Shown here: one piece after another, positions 9,919 through 19,459 of the stretch
Position numbering within the stretch: position 1 is the first letter of the stretch
How the letters are laid out: every line of letters begins with the position of its first letter
Assembly (NCBI GenBank): GCA_965248435.1
Contig: OZ252100.1
Span: 3,904,001 to 3,968,000, forward strand
Source of the DNA: Candidatus Latescibacterota bacterium
Lineage (GTDB): Bacteria > Latescibacterota > UBA2968 > GCA-2709665
Length of the DNA stretch: 64,000 bases
Direction: 5' to 3'
Position numbers and translations under genes: made by a program
The notes under the pieces: model-generated
The model's database searches: none
What the model was told of the DNA's origin: nothing
The model's input: only the letters and a program-made list of their open reading frames with translations

Positions 9919-11424
9919 ATGAGGTTGGAAGTTCCCGGCTCGGAACTGATCGTGAACATCGGGACGCGAAAGCAGCTGTTCATCGATGACTATATCCTCG
10001 AGCGGAGTCGATGGATCACGCCCCGACTCGCCGAGACGGCTCGCTACATTCAGCCCCCGGCGCGAGACCGGAGCGATCTGGACGGATGGACGGAGGGGGT
10101 GGATCGGATCGCGGGAGACGTTCCGGGTCACCTGATTCGGGCGACATCCTTCGTGACGCGGACCCTGAATCAGCCTCAGCGGTTCGAGGGCAACCCGGTC
10201 ATGAAGCGTGCCTATCCGTGGGAGGGGAAGTCAGGGCCGTGGCCGACGAGCATCATCTACGACGAAGAGGAAGGCATCTGGAAGATGTGGTACAATGGCC
10301 TGACCCTGGAGGACGTCCCGGTCGAAAGGTTTCTCTACAGGTGTCTCTACGCCACCTCCAAGGACGGCATCAGCTGGGACCGGTCGCCCCTGGGCCTGCA
10401 CAAGGACGAAGACGGCAACGATACGAACGTCTTCTACTGGGGCAAGGGACAGTATATCCTCAAGGACAAAGAGGCCGATCCTTCCAGGCGGTACAAGATG
10501 GTCTACTCCACGCGAGGAAAGGAGGGGCTGCAGCAACCGATGGTCCAGCATTCCCCGGACGGCCTTCACTGGACGGAGGATCCCGGGCCCTTTAGCCACG
10601 GCCGTGGAGATGAAAACCTGAGCGTGATGTATGACCCGGTGAGCAAGAAGTATGTCGGGATCTGCCGCAACGTCTATCCTAAACCGATGCTGGTCCACAG
10701 GACGGAACGATCCATCTTCAGGATGCAGAGCAATGATCTGATCCACTGGTCCACACCCCTGCCGATCATCGACAGGGACGAGCTGGATCCGCTGGATTTG
10801 GACTTCGAGGGGATGTGGGGGATGTACTATGAGGGCATGTACCTGGGCTTCCTGAGGGTCAGCCACACCGCGCCCAGCTCGATGGACAGCTGGTTCGCCC
10901 ACAGCAGAGACGGGTTCCACTGGCAGAGGCCGAGGACCGGGCCGTTCTTTACCTGGGGACCGGAGGGGAGCTGGGACTCGAAATCGGTGTCGATCTTGAC
11001 CCACCCGAATCGGGTGGGCGACGAGCTCTGGGTCTACTATTCGGGGTCGAACCACGAAGACACGGCTGTTGGGCTGGCCAAGCTGCGTCTGGACGGGTTC
11101 GTGTCGATCGATGCCCCTCCCAACACTCGCCATCCGAAGAGCAGCCCGGCCACGCTGATGACGAAGCCCCTCTACTCTCCCGGCAATCGGCTGGTGATCA
11201 ATGCGGAAGCTCCCGAGGGCAGTATCGAGGCCGAGTTGTTGAGCGTGGATGGCGTCGTCATCGATGGTTACTCGAGGGAAGACTGCGACAGCTTCAGAGG
11301 AGACAGCCCCGCGCATACCGTCACGTGGAAAGGGAGGGGGGATATAGGAGAGGGTATTCCTGTGAGGATTCGTTTTTATATGGAGAAGGCGAAGCTTTAC
11401 GCATTGCAGATTCCCAAGACGTAA
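9919..11424 (+). CDS. GH32/GH43-like beta-propeller glycosidase-like protein
   Basis: KQLFIDD, GNPVM, YATSKDGISW, SPDGLHW, SRDGFHW, LRLDGFVS motifs. Confidence 0.75.
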   Translation: MRLEVPGSELIVNIGTRKQLFIDDYILERSRWITPRLAETARYIQPPARDRSDLDGWTEGVDRIAGDVPGHLIRATSFVTRTLNQPQRFEGNPVMKRAYPWEGKSGPWPTSIIYDEEEGIWKMWYNGLTLEDVPVERFLYRCLYATSKDGISWDRSPLGLHKDEDGNDTNVFYWGKGQYILKDKEADPSRRYKMVYSTRGKEGLQQPMVQHSPDGLHWTEDPGPFSHGRGDENLSVMYDPVSKKYVGICRNVYPKPMLVHRTERSIFRMQSNDLIHWSTPLPIIDRDELDPLDLDFEGMWGMYYEGMYLGFLRVSHTAPSSMDSWFAHSRDGFHWQRPRTGPFFTWGPEGSWDSKSVSILTHPNRVGDELWVYYSGSNHEDTAVGLAKLRLDGFVSIDAPPNTRHPKSSPATLMTKPLYSPGNRLVINAEAPEGSIEAELLSVDGVVIDGYSREDCDSFRGDSPAHTVTWKGRGDIGEGIPVRIRFYMEKAKLYALQIPKT

Positions 11425-11485
11425 GTGCCGTGGATTGTGGATCGTGAATCGTGACTGGGAAAAGCAGGTGGTCCTGATACGCGGG

Positions 11486-11672
11486 TTCGCCAGCAGGAGC
11501 TGGCCACGAAAATGTTATGCCAACACCGTGAATCTTTTTGTCGCCAACGGGAGTTGGCTCCTACCGGATAATATTTCCAAATTCATTCGGTAGGAGCCGT
11601 CTCCTGACGGCGAACAATTTGATCACGGTGGGTTGTCTCTGACAACCGTACCCGCCGCCTCCCGGCGGCGAA
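11486..11672. repeat. 187-bp REP cluster (four GTAG-type REP units, inverted pair in the centre), copy 1
   Basis: TCGCCAACGGGAGTTGGCTCCTAC ... GTAGGAGCCGTCTCCTGACGGCGAA; near-identical to 14773-14959. Confidence 0.85.
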
Positions 11673-11700
11673 TATCGGATGATAAGGAGGGTCATACCAG

Positions 11701-13203
11701 ATGAGATTAGAAATCCCTGGTTCAGAACTGATCGTGAACGTCGGGACGCAAAAGCAGCTGTTCATAGATGACTATATCATCGAGCGGTCGCGGTGGATCA
11801 CGCCCCGACTCGCCGAGACGGCCCGATATATTCAGCCCCCCGCGCGAGATCGCAGCGATCTGGACGGATGGACGGAGGGGGTGGATCGGATCGTGGGAGA
11901 CGTCCCGGGTCACCTGATCCGGGCGACCAGCTTCGTGACGCGGTCCCTGAATCATCCGGAGCGGTTTGAAGGCAACCCGGTCATGAAGCGTGCCTATCCG
12001 TGGGAGGGGGAGTCTGCGCCGTGGCCGACGAGCATCATCTACGACGAAGAGGAAGACATCTGGAAGATGTGGTACAACGGCCTGACCACGGTGGACGTTC
12101 CGAAGCGGGCGTGGCATTATCGGTGTCTCTACGCCACCTCCAAGGACGGCATCAACTGGGATCGGTCGCCCCTGGGGCTGCACAGGGACGAAGAGGGCAA
12201 CGATACGAACGTCTTCTACTGGGGAAAAGGGCAGTATATCTTCAAGGACAAAGAGGCCGATCCTTCCAGACGGTACAAGATGGTCTACTCCACGCGAAGC
12301 AAAGAGGGGCTGCAGCACCCGATGGTCCAGCATTCCCCCGACGGCCTTCACTGGATAGAGGACCCCGGCCCTTTCAGCCACGGACGTGGGGATGAAAACC
12401 TCGGGGTGATGTATGACCCCGTAAGTAAGAAGTATGTCGGGATCTGCCGAAACGTCTATCCTAAACCGGTCCTGGTCCACAGGACGGAACGGTCCATCTA
12501 TAGGATGCAGAGCAATGACCTGGTTCACTGGTCCACGCCCGTGCCCATCATCGACAGGGACGAGCTGGATCCGATGGATATGGACTTCGAGGGGATGGGG
12601 GGGATGTTTTATGAGGGCATGTACCTGGGCTTCCTGAGAACCAGCCACACCGCGCCCACCAAGATGGACAGCTGGTTCGCCCACAGCAGAGACGGGTTCC
12701 ACTGGCAGAGGCCGAGGACCGGGCCGTTCTTTACCTGGGGACCGGAGGGGAGCTGGGACTCGAAATCGGTGACGATCTCGACCCCGAAACGGGTCGGGGA
12801 CGAGCTCTGGGTCTTCTATTCGGGGTCGGACGACGAAGACACGGCTGTTGGGCTGGCGAAGCTGCGGCTGGACGGGTTCGTGTCGATCGATTCCCCTCCC
12901 AACACTCGCCACCCGAAGAACAACCCGGCCACGCTGATGACGAAGCCCCTCTACTCTCCGGGCAATCGACTCGTGATCAATGCCGAGGCCAACCAGGGCA
13001 GTATTGAGGCCGAGTTGCTGAGCGTGGATGGTTTCGTGCTCGATGGTTATTCGAGGGAAGACTGCGACAGCTTCAGCGGAGACAGCCCCCCGCATACCTT
13101 CACGTGGAAAGGAAATGCGGATCTAGGAGAGTGTCTTCCTGTGAGGGTTCGTCTTTATATGGAGAAGGCGAAACTCTACGCGTTGCAGATACCTCAGGGT
13201 TAA
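11701..13203 (+). CDS. GH32/GH43-like beta-propeller protein, close tandem paralog of 9919-11424
   Basis: Colinear and highly similar to the upstream gene over its whole length. Confidence 0.75.
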   Translation: MRLEIPGSELIVNVGTQKQLFIDDYIIERSRWITPRLAETARYIQPPARDRSDLDGWTEGVDRIVGDVPGHLIRATSFVTRSLNHPERFEGNPVMKRAYPWEGESAPWPTSIIYDEEEDIWKMWYNGLTTVDVPKRAWHYRCLYATSKDGINWDRSPLGLHRDEEGNDTNVFYWGKGQYIFKDKEADPSRRYKMVYSTRSKEGLQHPMVQHSPDGLHWIEDPGPFSHGRGDENLGVMYDPVSKKYVGICRNVYPKPVLVHRTERSIYRMQSNDLVHWSTPVPIIDRDELDPMDMDFEGMGGMFYEGMYLGFLRTSHTAPTKMDSWFAHSRDGFHWQRPRTGPFFTWGPEGSWDSKSVTISTPKRVGDELWVFYSGSDDEDTAVGLAKLRLDGFVSIDSPPNTRHPKNNPATLMTKPLYSPGNRLVINAEANQGSIEAELLSVDGFVLDGYSREDCDSFSGDSPPHTFTWKGNADLGECLPVRVRLYMEKAKLYALQIPQG

Positions 13204-13221
13204 TATAGAGGATGTGAGTAT

Positions 13222-13321
13222 CCGGGTACCGGATACGGTAGATCGGCTACAGAGACCTGACGGTTTAGGTGCGACGCAAGCGTCGCCCCGGGGGAACCGA
13301 AACACGGGTACCGGGTACCGC
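13222..13321. repeat. Degenerate L arm with an embedded GCGACGCAAGCGTCGC hairpin
   Basis: CCGGGTACCGG...AAACACGGGTACCGGGTACCGC directly after a stop codon. Confidence 0.65.
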
Positions 13322-13623
13322 AAAGGCAGATGGTCACCACATAGGGATTGAAAGTTATTTTGGAATCCGACCTGAAGTGTTAAGTTAGAAGGAAAAAAAG
13401 GGGGGTATCTGTCTCTCATTTGCAAATTGTTGAGTTATCATACGAATAAATGATAGGTTAGGGCTTTTGTGGGCTGCAGAATGCTTGTCCTTGAAACTTG
13501 GAAGAAGAGGTCTTGCGAAGTCGTCGTACCGCAGTCCGGAACCGCGGAGGCCGGCTTCTCGTTCTGAAGCGCGACTGATCGCATGAATAAATCTCTCAGG
13601 ATTCGTCTGGTCTCCACTCAACG

Positions 13624-14598
13624 ATGGAATACTCACGACTAGGGTGCGCCGGGGTCAAGGTCTCCAGGATCGCCCTGGGTCTCGGCTTCAGAGGCCAGTC
13701 CTCGGTTGTCGAAGCCCAACGCGTCATCGAGCACGCCATAGACTCTGGCGTGAACTTCATCGACTGCGCCAACTTCTATCGCGTCGGGGGTTGGGAGGGG
13801 AGCGGGCCGCTGTCCGAGGAAGTCCTTGGCGCCGTCCTCGAGACGAGGCGTGAAGAGGTCGTGATCACTTCGAAGGTCTTCGGCAGAGTCGGCCCTGGCG
13901 TGAACGACAGAGGCAGCTCCAGGGTTCACATCCTGTCAGAAGTAGAGGAGTCGCTGAATAGACTGCGCACTGACCATATCGACGTTTACCTGCTTCATAG
14001 ATTCGATGAAGAAACGCCCATCGACGAAACGATAAGGGCCCTGGACGACCTCGTGACCTCGGGCAAGGTGCGCTACATCGGGGTCTGCAACTTCAAAGCC
14101 TGGCAGGTGTGCAGGGCCTTGTGGGCCGAGGACAGTATCGGCGCCGACCCGCTCGTGACCATCCAGAACCCCTACAGCCTGATGGACCGGGCACTGGAGG
14201 GAGAGATGTTCGGCCTGATCCGAGACCAGGGCCTCGGGGCCATGGCCTACAGTCCGCTCGGCGTCGGTCTGTTCAGCGGCCTCTACGCACCTGGCGATCC
14301 ACCGCCCGCCGGCTTGGCCGCGAAGGAACGTGCCCGCTTCGACCGCTTGCTTTCGGGCCAGGCTCCTGCGATCATCGAGGTCCTGCGTGACATCGCTGGC
14401 CAGCGAGAAAAGACCCCGGCACAGGTCGCCCTCAACTGGGTCATATCGAAGCAGGAGATCACCGCTGCGATCTCTGGCAGCGACACGATAGAGCAACTCG
14501 ATGAGAACCTTGGGGCAGTCGGTTGGGACCTGTCCGAGGACGAGATCACCAGGTTGGACCAAGCATCCGAAGGCATCGAAAGCAACTTTTCTGTATGA
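13624..14598 (+). CDS. Aldo/keto reductase
   Basis: GVNFIDCANFY, SLNRLRTDHIDVYLLH, GKVRYIGVCN, AYSPLG, TPAQVALNWV. Confidence 0.92.
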   Translation: MEYSRLGCAGVKVSRIALGLGFRGQSSVVEAQRVIEHAIDSGVNFIDCANFYRVGGWEGSGPLSEEVLGAVLETRREEVVITSKVFGRVGPGVNDRGSSRVHILSEVEESLNRLRTDHIDVYLLHRFDEETPIDETIRALDDLVTSGKVRYIGVCNFKAWQVCRALWAEDSIGADPLVTIQNPYSLMDRALEGEMFGLIRDQGLGAMAYSPLGVGLFSGLYAPGDPPPAGLAAKERARFDRLLSGQAPAIIEVLRDIAGQREKTPAQVALNWVISKQEITAAISGSDTIEQLDENLGAVGWDLSEDEITRLDQASEGIESNFSV

Positions 14599-14772
14599 TT
14601 GTTAGTGGGAAGAAACTGCGTAAATTAGATTCTTTCCGGCGCTGTCGTAGGTAAAAATCAGTCCAGTCCCTAGTGTGGATGACGCAAGATCGACTACTAC
14701 CCCCCCGCTACTGTTTACTACCTGTAATCGCCTTACCTGAATTAAGTCACTTACCTGTGTTTTCTTAGAGGC

Positions 14773-14959
14773 TTCGCCAGCAGGAGCTGGCCACGAAAAT
14801 GTTATGCCAATACCGTGAATCATTTTGTCGCCAACGGGAGTTGGCTCCTACCGGATAAAATTTCCAAATTCATTCGGTAGGAGCCGTCTCCTGACGGCGA
14901 ACCATTTGATCACGGTGTGTTGTCTCTGACAACCGTACCCGCCGCCTCCCGGCGGCGAA
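14773..14959. repeat. 187-bp REP cluster, copy 2
   Basis: Direct repeat of 11486-11672 with a few substitutions. Confidence 0.85.
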
Positions 14960-14998
14960 GGGCAAAACATCGGGTTTTGCGTCCAGGCCCGTTTGTCG

Positions 14999-15112
14999 TG
15001 TAGTCGCACCCTTCAGGGTGCGGCAGGTTTTAGGTCCAGGTGTAAGCATGCGGTACCACGAACTGAAAACGATCCCCCACGAGGGTGCCGCAGGCTAAAG
15101 CCTGCGACTACA
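14999..15112. repeat. Inverted GTAG-type REP pair (TGTAGTCGCACCCTTCAGGGTGCG ... CGCAGGCTAAAGCCTGCGACTACA)
   Basis: Two hairpins, each ending in GTAG/CTAC, in inverted orientation. Confidence 0.7.
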
Positions 15113-15167
15113 TTGATGCATTTCGGGGTTCTGCCGCCCTTATTCTTAATGTGAAGAGACCCTACCG

Positions 15168-16223
15168 ATGAACAAAGACTTGCCGAGTCACCGAGCTTCC
15201 CGCGAAAAGGTCAGGTCGGTGATGGGCTGCGACAATCCGGACCCGGTCCCCCTGTACATGCCGGCCATCTACGAACACAAGGCATGGTTCATCGACGACA
15301 CGCCGTCGAATGTTTCGCGGGATACAGATCTCTTTGAAAAGGCGGTGATCACTGAATTCGAACAGATCGGCCCGGACGCGCTGACGATCGGGATCGACGT
15401 CTACAACCTCGAGGCTGAGGCCGCGGGCTGCTCGGTCAAATTTTACGAGGGGGATGATACGAGCATCCCCGGCATCCGGCCCGGTGACCACATCATCAAG
15501 CTGGGTGACGACGTAGTCAACCGCCGAGTGCCGAACCCCTTGTCGGACGGGCGAATGCCGATCAACATCGAGGTTGCCCGCCGTGTGGTTGCCGAACTGG
15601 GCGACGAGGTATGGATACGCGGGGCGGTGTCGGGGCCGTTCTCACTGGCAATCAGCCTCATGGGTGCCGAGGATCTGTTCCTCACGACACTGGACGATCC
15701 GAAATTCGTACACGAACTGCTCGCCTACGCGGGGCGCATCATAAAAACATTTGGTGAGGCGTACATGGACGTGGGCGCCGATGTGATCGTGTTCGACTCC
15801 CAGGCCTCGCCCGACCTGTTGTCACCCCAGATGTATGCAGACTATGTGACGCCCGTGATGCAGGACCTGAACCGCCACTTCGCCGAGCTGGGGGTAGCGC
15901 ACGTGCCGCTGATCATTGGCGGCAATACCACGCGCCTGATCGATGCCCTGCTCTCGACCGGCGCGAACAACCTGCTATGCGATTTCACGGCGGACTGGCC
16001 GACCTGGTTGGAAAAGTGCCGAAGCGAGAATCGAGCACTCCGTCGCAATTTGGACCCTGCGTTCATTCAGAAGTCCGATCCCGATCAAATCCACAATGTG
16101 GCTAAGAGCGTTGTTGAGGAGGGGGAAGGCTACGGCGGGTTTATCGTTGGGACGGCTGTCGTGCCCTATGGAACGCCGACGGCGAATTTACTGGCTGTTA
16201 AGCAGGCCTGTGTAGAAGCGTAA
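15168..16223 (+). CDS. Uroporphyrinogen decarboxylase / MtaA-CmuA methyltransferase family protein
   Basis: DVYNLEAEAAGC, GAVSGPFSLAISLMG, ASPDLLSPQMY, GFIVGT..VPYGTP.NL. Confidence 0.8.
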   Translation: MNKDLPSHRASREKVRSVMGCDNPDPVPLYMPAIYEHKAWFIDDTPSNVSRDTDLFEKAVITEFEQIGPDALTIGIDVYNLEAEAAGCSVKFYEGDDTSIPGIRPGDHIIKLGDDVVNRRVPNPLSDGRMPINIEVARRVVAELGDEVWIRGAVSGPFSLAISLMGAEDLFLTTLDDPKFVHELLAYAGRIIKTFGEAYMDVGADVIVFDSQASPDLLSPQMYADYVTPVMQDLNRHFAELGVAHVPLIIGGNTTRLIDALLSTGANNLLCDFTADWPTWLEKCRSENRALRRNLDPAFIQKSDPDQIHNVAKSVVEEGEGYGGFIVGTAVVPYGTPTANLLAVKQACVEA

Positions 16224-16227
16224 AGGA

Positions 16228-16396
16228 CCGGGTACCGGGAAGGCAAAACACGGGCCCTCACCCTGCCTCGCGGAGTTTATCCTGAGCCTGCCGAAGGGCT
16301 CGGCATCCCTCTCCCATAAATGGGAGAGGGAACAAACATCTCGCAGAGCTTTCCTCCCCTCTCCCACGTGTGGGAGAGGGGCCGGGGGTGAGGGCC
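16228..16396. repeat. Truncated L arm fused to REP family B copy 2 (carries a 26-bp insert at 16272-16297)
   Basis: Alignment by eye with the copies at 742 and 18240. Confidence 0.85.
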
Positions 16397-16442
16397 TTTT
16401 AAAATCCAATATCCAATATTCAAGGGCGACAGGAGGGGTGAC

Positions 16443-18188
16443 ATGAGTGGGTCTATGGAAAATCGTGAAAAACCGAACGTGGTCATCGTGCTGACGGATG
16501 ATCAGGGCTATGGCGACATCGCCCGACACGGCAATCCCGTGGTCCGAACGCCGCATCTGGACGCGTTGCACGATGAGAGCGTGCGCCTCCGGGATTTTCA
16601 CGTCGATCCGACATGCTCACCCTCCCGGTCGGCGATCATGACGGGTTGTTACTCTCATCGCGTGAACGTCTGGAACACGACGAGCGGGCGGAATCACCTG
16701 CAGAAGGACGCCGTGACGATGGCAGAGGTCTTCCGGAGCAACGGGTATCGCACCGGACACTTCGGGAAGTGGCACCTGGGCGGAAACTACCCATATCGCC
16801 CGATGGACCGCGGGTTCGACGAATGGCTCGGTCACGGCGATGGCGGAACGGGCACGGCGAACGATTACTGGGGAAACGTGCGCGTCAACGATATGTATAA
16901 CCGGAACGGAGTTCGGGAACGGATCGAAGGATATGCCGCGGACGTGTTCTTTGACGAGGCCATGCGTTTTGTCCGGGAGGATAAGGAGCAGCCGTTCTTT
17001 CTGTATCTGGCGACCTACATTCCACACACGCCCTGCACCGTACCAGACAAAAGCTGGGTCGATCCGTATCGCGACAGGGTGCCCATCCATACCGCCTATT
17101 TCTACGCCGCGGTAGAGCGAGCAGATTATAACGTCGGCCGACTGCGCGCGTTCCTGGAGGCTGAGGGCCTTGCCGAGAATACGCTGTTGATCTTCATGAC
17201 CGACAACGGCACGACATCGGGCTCCGAACAGGTTTTCAACGCGGGGATGCGCGGGACGAAGCTCTCGATCTACGACGGGGGTCACCGGGTTCCCTGCTTT
17301 TTCCACTGGCCCGGCGGCGGCCTGAAGGAGTCTCTGGACGTGGAACCGATTACCGCCCACGTCGATCTTCTGCCGACCCTGATTGGTCTCTGCGGGCTCG
17401 AAGCGGTGGATATCGATTTTGACGGGACTAACCTCGAGCCGCTTCTACACGGGACCTCCACGGACTGGCCGGAGCGGACGTTCGTCGTGGAATCCCAGCG
17501 CATCCGGGACCCCGAGAAGTGGCGAAACTGCTCGGTGATGACGGATCGATGGCGGCTCGTGAACGGCCGCGAGCTTTACGACATGCCCTCTGATCCGGGT
17601 CAGCAGCACGACGTGAGCGCTGAGAACCCGGAGGTGGTCGAGACGCTCCGCGGGGCATATGAAGCCTTCTGGACTCGTGCGACACAGGGGGATGAGGAAC
17701 TGGCTCGACCTCATCTGGGGACATCCGCTCAGGATGAAATCTTCCTCAGCTCGATCGACTGGGTCGCGGAAGAGAGCGAGCGGCCCTGGAATCAGGGTCA
17801 CGTGGCAGCGGGACTGGACGGCTTCGGCGTCTGGCACACGCAGGTCAGCGAGGCGGGACGGTACCGGTTCGAGGTGAGGCGCTGGCCCAGGGAGATCGAT
17901 CTCCCGATGACGGCTGTCCCCGAGCTGAGAGAGAATCCCGAAGCGTATCTGATGGACGAACCGGTGATGGGCACGATATACGGCGACACGTTCGCCGGGC
18001 TTCCGGTTGCTCGCGTCCGGCTGAAGGTGGGTGAGGACGTACAGGAGACGCTAGTGGAACCGAGTGCCGCCGGCGCGACGTTCGAGGTCGAGCTGGATGC
18101 GGGGCCGGTCGATGTCAGAACCTTTCTGCTCGATGAGAACGGCAAGGCGCTCTGTGGGGGTTACTTTACGTATGTGAAAAGGATCTGA
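16443..18188 (+). CDS. Arylsulfatase, Cys-type
   Basis: KPNVVIVLTDDQGYGD, CSPSRS, GKWHLG, TDNG, GGHRVP. Confidence 0.93.
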   Translation: MSGSMENREKPNVVIVLTDDQGYGDIARHGNPVVRTPHLDALHDESVRLRDFHVDPTCSPSRSAIMTGCYSHRVNVWNTTSGRNHLQKDAVTMAEVFRSNGYRTGHFGKWHLGGNYPYRPMDRGFDEWLGHGDGGTGTANDYWGNVRVNDMYNRNGVRERIEGYAADVFFDEAMRFVREDKEQPFFLYLATYIPHTPCTVPDKSWVDPYRDRVPIHTAYFYAAVERADYNVGRLRAFLEAEGLAENTLLIFMTDNGTTSGSEQVFNAGMRGTKLSIYDGGHRVPCFFHWPGGGLKESLDVEPITAHVDLLPTLIGLCGLEAVDIDFDGTNLEPLLHGTSTDWPERTFVVESQRIRDPEKWRNCSVMTDRWRLVNGRELYDMPSDPGQQHDVSAENPEVVETLRGAYEAFWTRATQGDEELARPHLGTSAQDEIFLSSIDWVAEESERPWNQGHVAAGLDGFGVWHTQVSEAGRYRFEVRRWPREIDLPMTAVPELRENPEAYLMDEPVMGTIYGDTFAGLPVARVRLKVGEDVQETLVEPSAAGATFEVELDAGPVDVRTFLLDENGKALCGGYFTYVKRI

Positions 18189-18214
18189 TGGCCGTGAATC
18201 GTAGATCGTAGAGA

Positions 18215-18360
18215 CCGGGTACCGGGAAATCAAAACACGGGCCCTCACCCTGCCTCGCTTCGCTCGGCCTCCCTCTCCCATAAATGGGAGAGGGAACAAA
18301 CATCTTGCAGAGCCTTTCTCCCCTCTCCCACGTGTGGGAGAGGGGCCGGGGGTGAGGGCC
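18215..18360. repeat. Truncated L arm fused to REP family B copy 3
   Basis: Same junction CAAAACACGG|GCCCTCACCC as at 732-750 and 16244-16260. Confidence 0.85.
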
Positions 18361-18429
18361 TAGAACATTGATTAATATCGAATATCCGATATCCAATAAT
18401 CAAGGACGATGACAATGCGTGAGCACCAA

Positions 18430-18456
18430 CTGGATTCCCGCCTCCGCGGGAATGAC
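18430..18456. repeat. ATTCCCGC-N4-GCGGGAAT palindromic REP-like unit
   Basis: CTGGATTCCCGCCTCCGCGGGAATGAC hairpin; single copy in this window. Confidence 0.55.
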
Positions 18457-18503
18457 AGCAAGGTGTCTCGTTTAACATTTAGATCAGTCGAGGAGAGAGA
18501 AAA

Positions 18504-19133
18504 ATGAAAGTACTCGTGATCGGAGCAAACGGAAAGACGGCGACTCGCGTGGTGAGGCGGCTGAAAGAGGGCCCCCACGAGCCGCTGGCGATGATCCGCA
18601 ACCCGGAACAGCGGGCTAAGTTCGACGACATGGGCGTTCAGACGGTCCTGGCGGACCTGGAGTACCCGATCGACCACGCGGTGAAGGGCTGTGACGCGGT
18701 GATCTTCGCGGCCGGATCGGGCGGGCACACCGGAAAGGACAAGACGGTACTGATCGATCACATCGGCGCGATCCGGTCCATGGTGACCGCCCAGGTGCAC
18801 GGCGCAATGCGTTTTATCATGCTCAGCACGATCAACGCGGATGTGAACAGTCAGTCTCGCGTGCCTCATTACCACAAGGCCAAGGCTTATGCCGACCTCC
18901 ATTTGCGGGAGAGCGAGTTAGAAGATACAATTATCTGTCCGGGCGGGTTGACGGAAGATGAGGGATCTGGCAAGGTCTCGATCAGCCCCGACCTGCACGA
19001 AAGTGGGAAGACGTCACGCGAGAACCTCGCCGCCGCGCTCATTATGTGCCTCGATCTCGACAATACGATCGGCAAACAGTTCAGCATGCTTGAAGGGGAT
19101 ACGCCGCTGGAAGAAGCGCTTCGGGCCATATAG
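18504..19133 (+). CDS. NAD(P)H-binding SDR-like oxidoreductase
   Basis: MKVLVIGANGKT Rossmann start, DAVIFAAGSG, YHKAKAYAD. Confidence 0.88.
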   Translation: MKVLVIGANGKTATRVVRRLKEGPHEPLAMIRNPEQRAKFDDMGVQTVLADLEYPIDHAVKGCDAVIFAAGSGGHTGKDKTVLIDHIGAIRSMVTAQVHGAMRFIMLSTINADVNSQSRVPHYHKAKAYADLHLRESELEDTIICPGGLTEDEGSGKVSISPDLHESGKTSRENLAAALIMCLDLDNTIGKQFSMLEGDTPLEEALRAI

Positions 19134-19271
19134 AGGTGCGTGATACAATTGCAGATTGCGGATTGGGGATTGCGGATTAGGCGGTGCTGACGAGCAGTTC
19201 TGCACAGATCCTCTCGTTTGTCAACAGGAGTTGGCTATTGAAATGGCGTGTAGACCGTGGCCATCCTTTGG

Positions 19272-19440
19272 TTCGCCAACGGGAGACGGCAACGAAAATT
19301 GTGTGCCGACACCGTGAATCATTTCGTCGCCAACGGGAGTTGGCTCCTACCGTATTTGTAATCTTATAACATTGGTAAATTCAATACGCCCACAAATCCG
19401 GTAGGAGCCGTCTCCAGACGGCGAACAATCTGACTACGGC
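19272..19440. repeat. Diverged third copy of the GTAG REP cluster
   Basis: TCGCCAACGGGAGTTGGCTCCTAC ... GTAGGAGCCGTCTCCAGACGGCGAA with a longer AT-rich spacer. Confidence 0.75.
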
Positions 19441-19459
19441 TTTGAAGGAGCTGCTGGAA

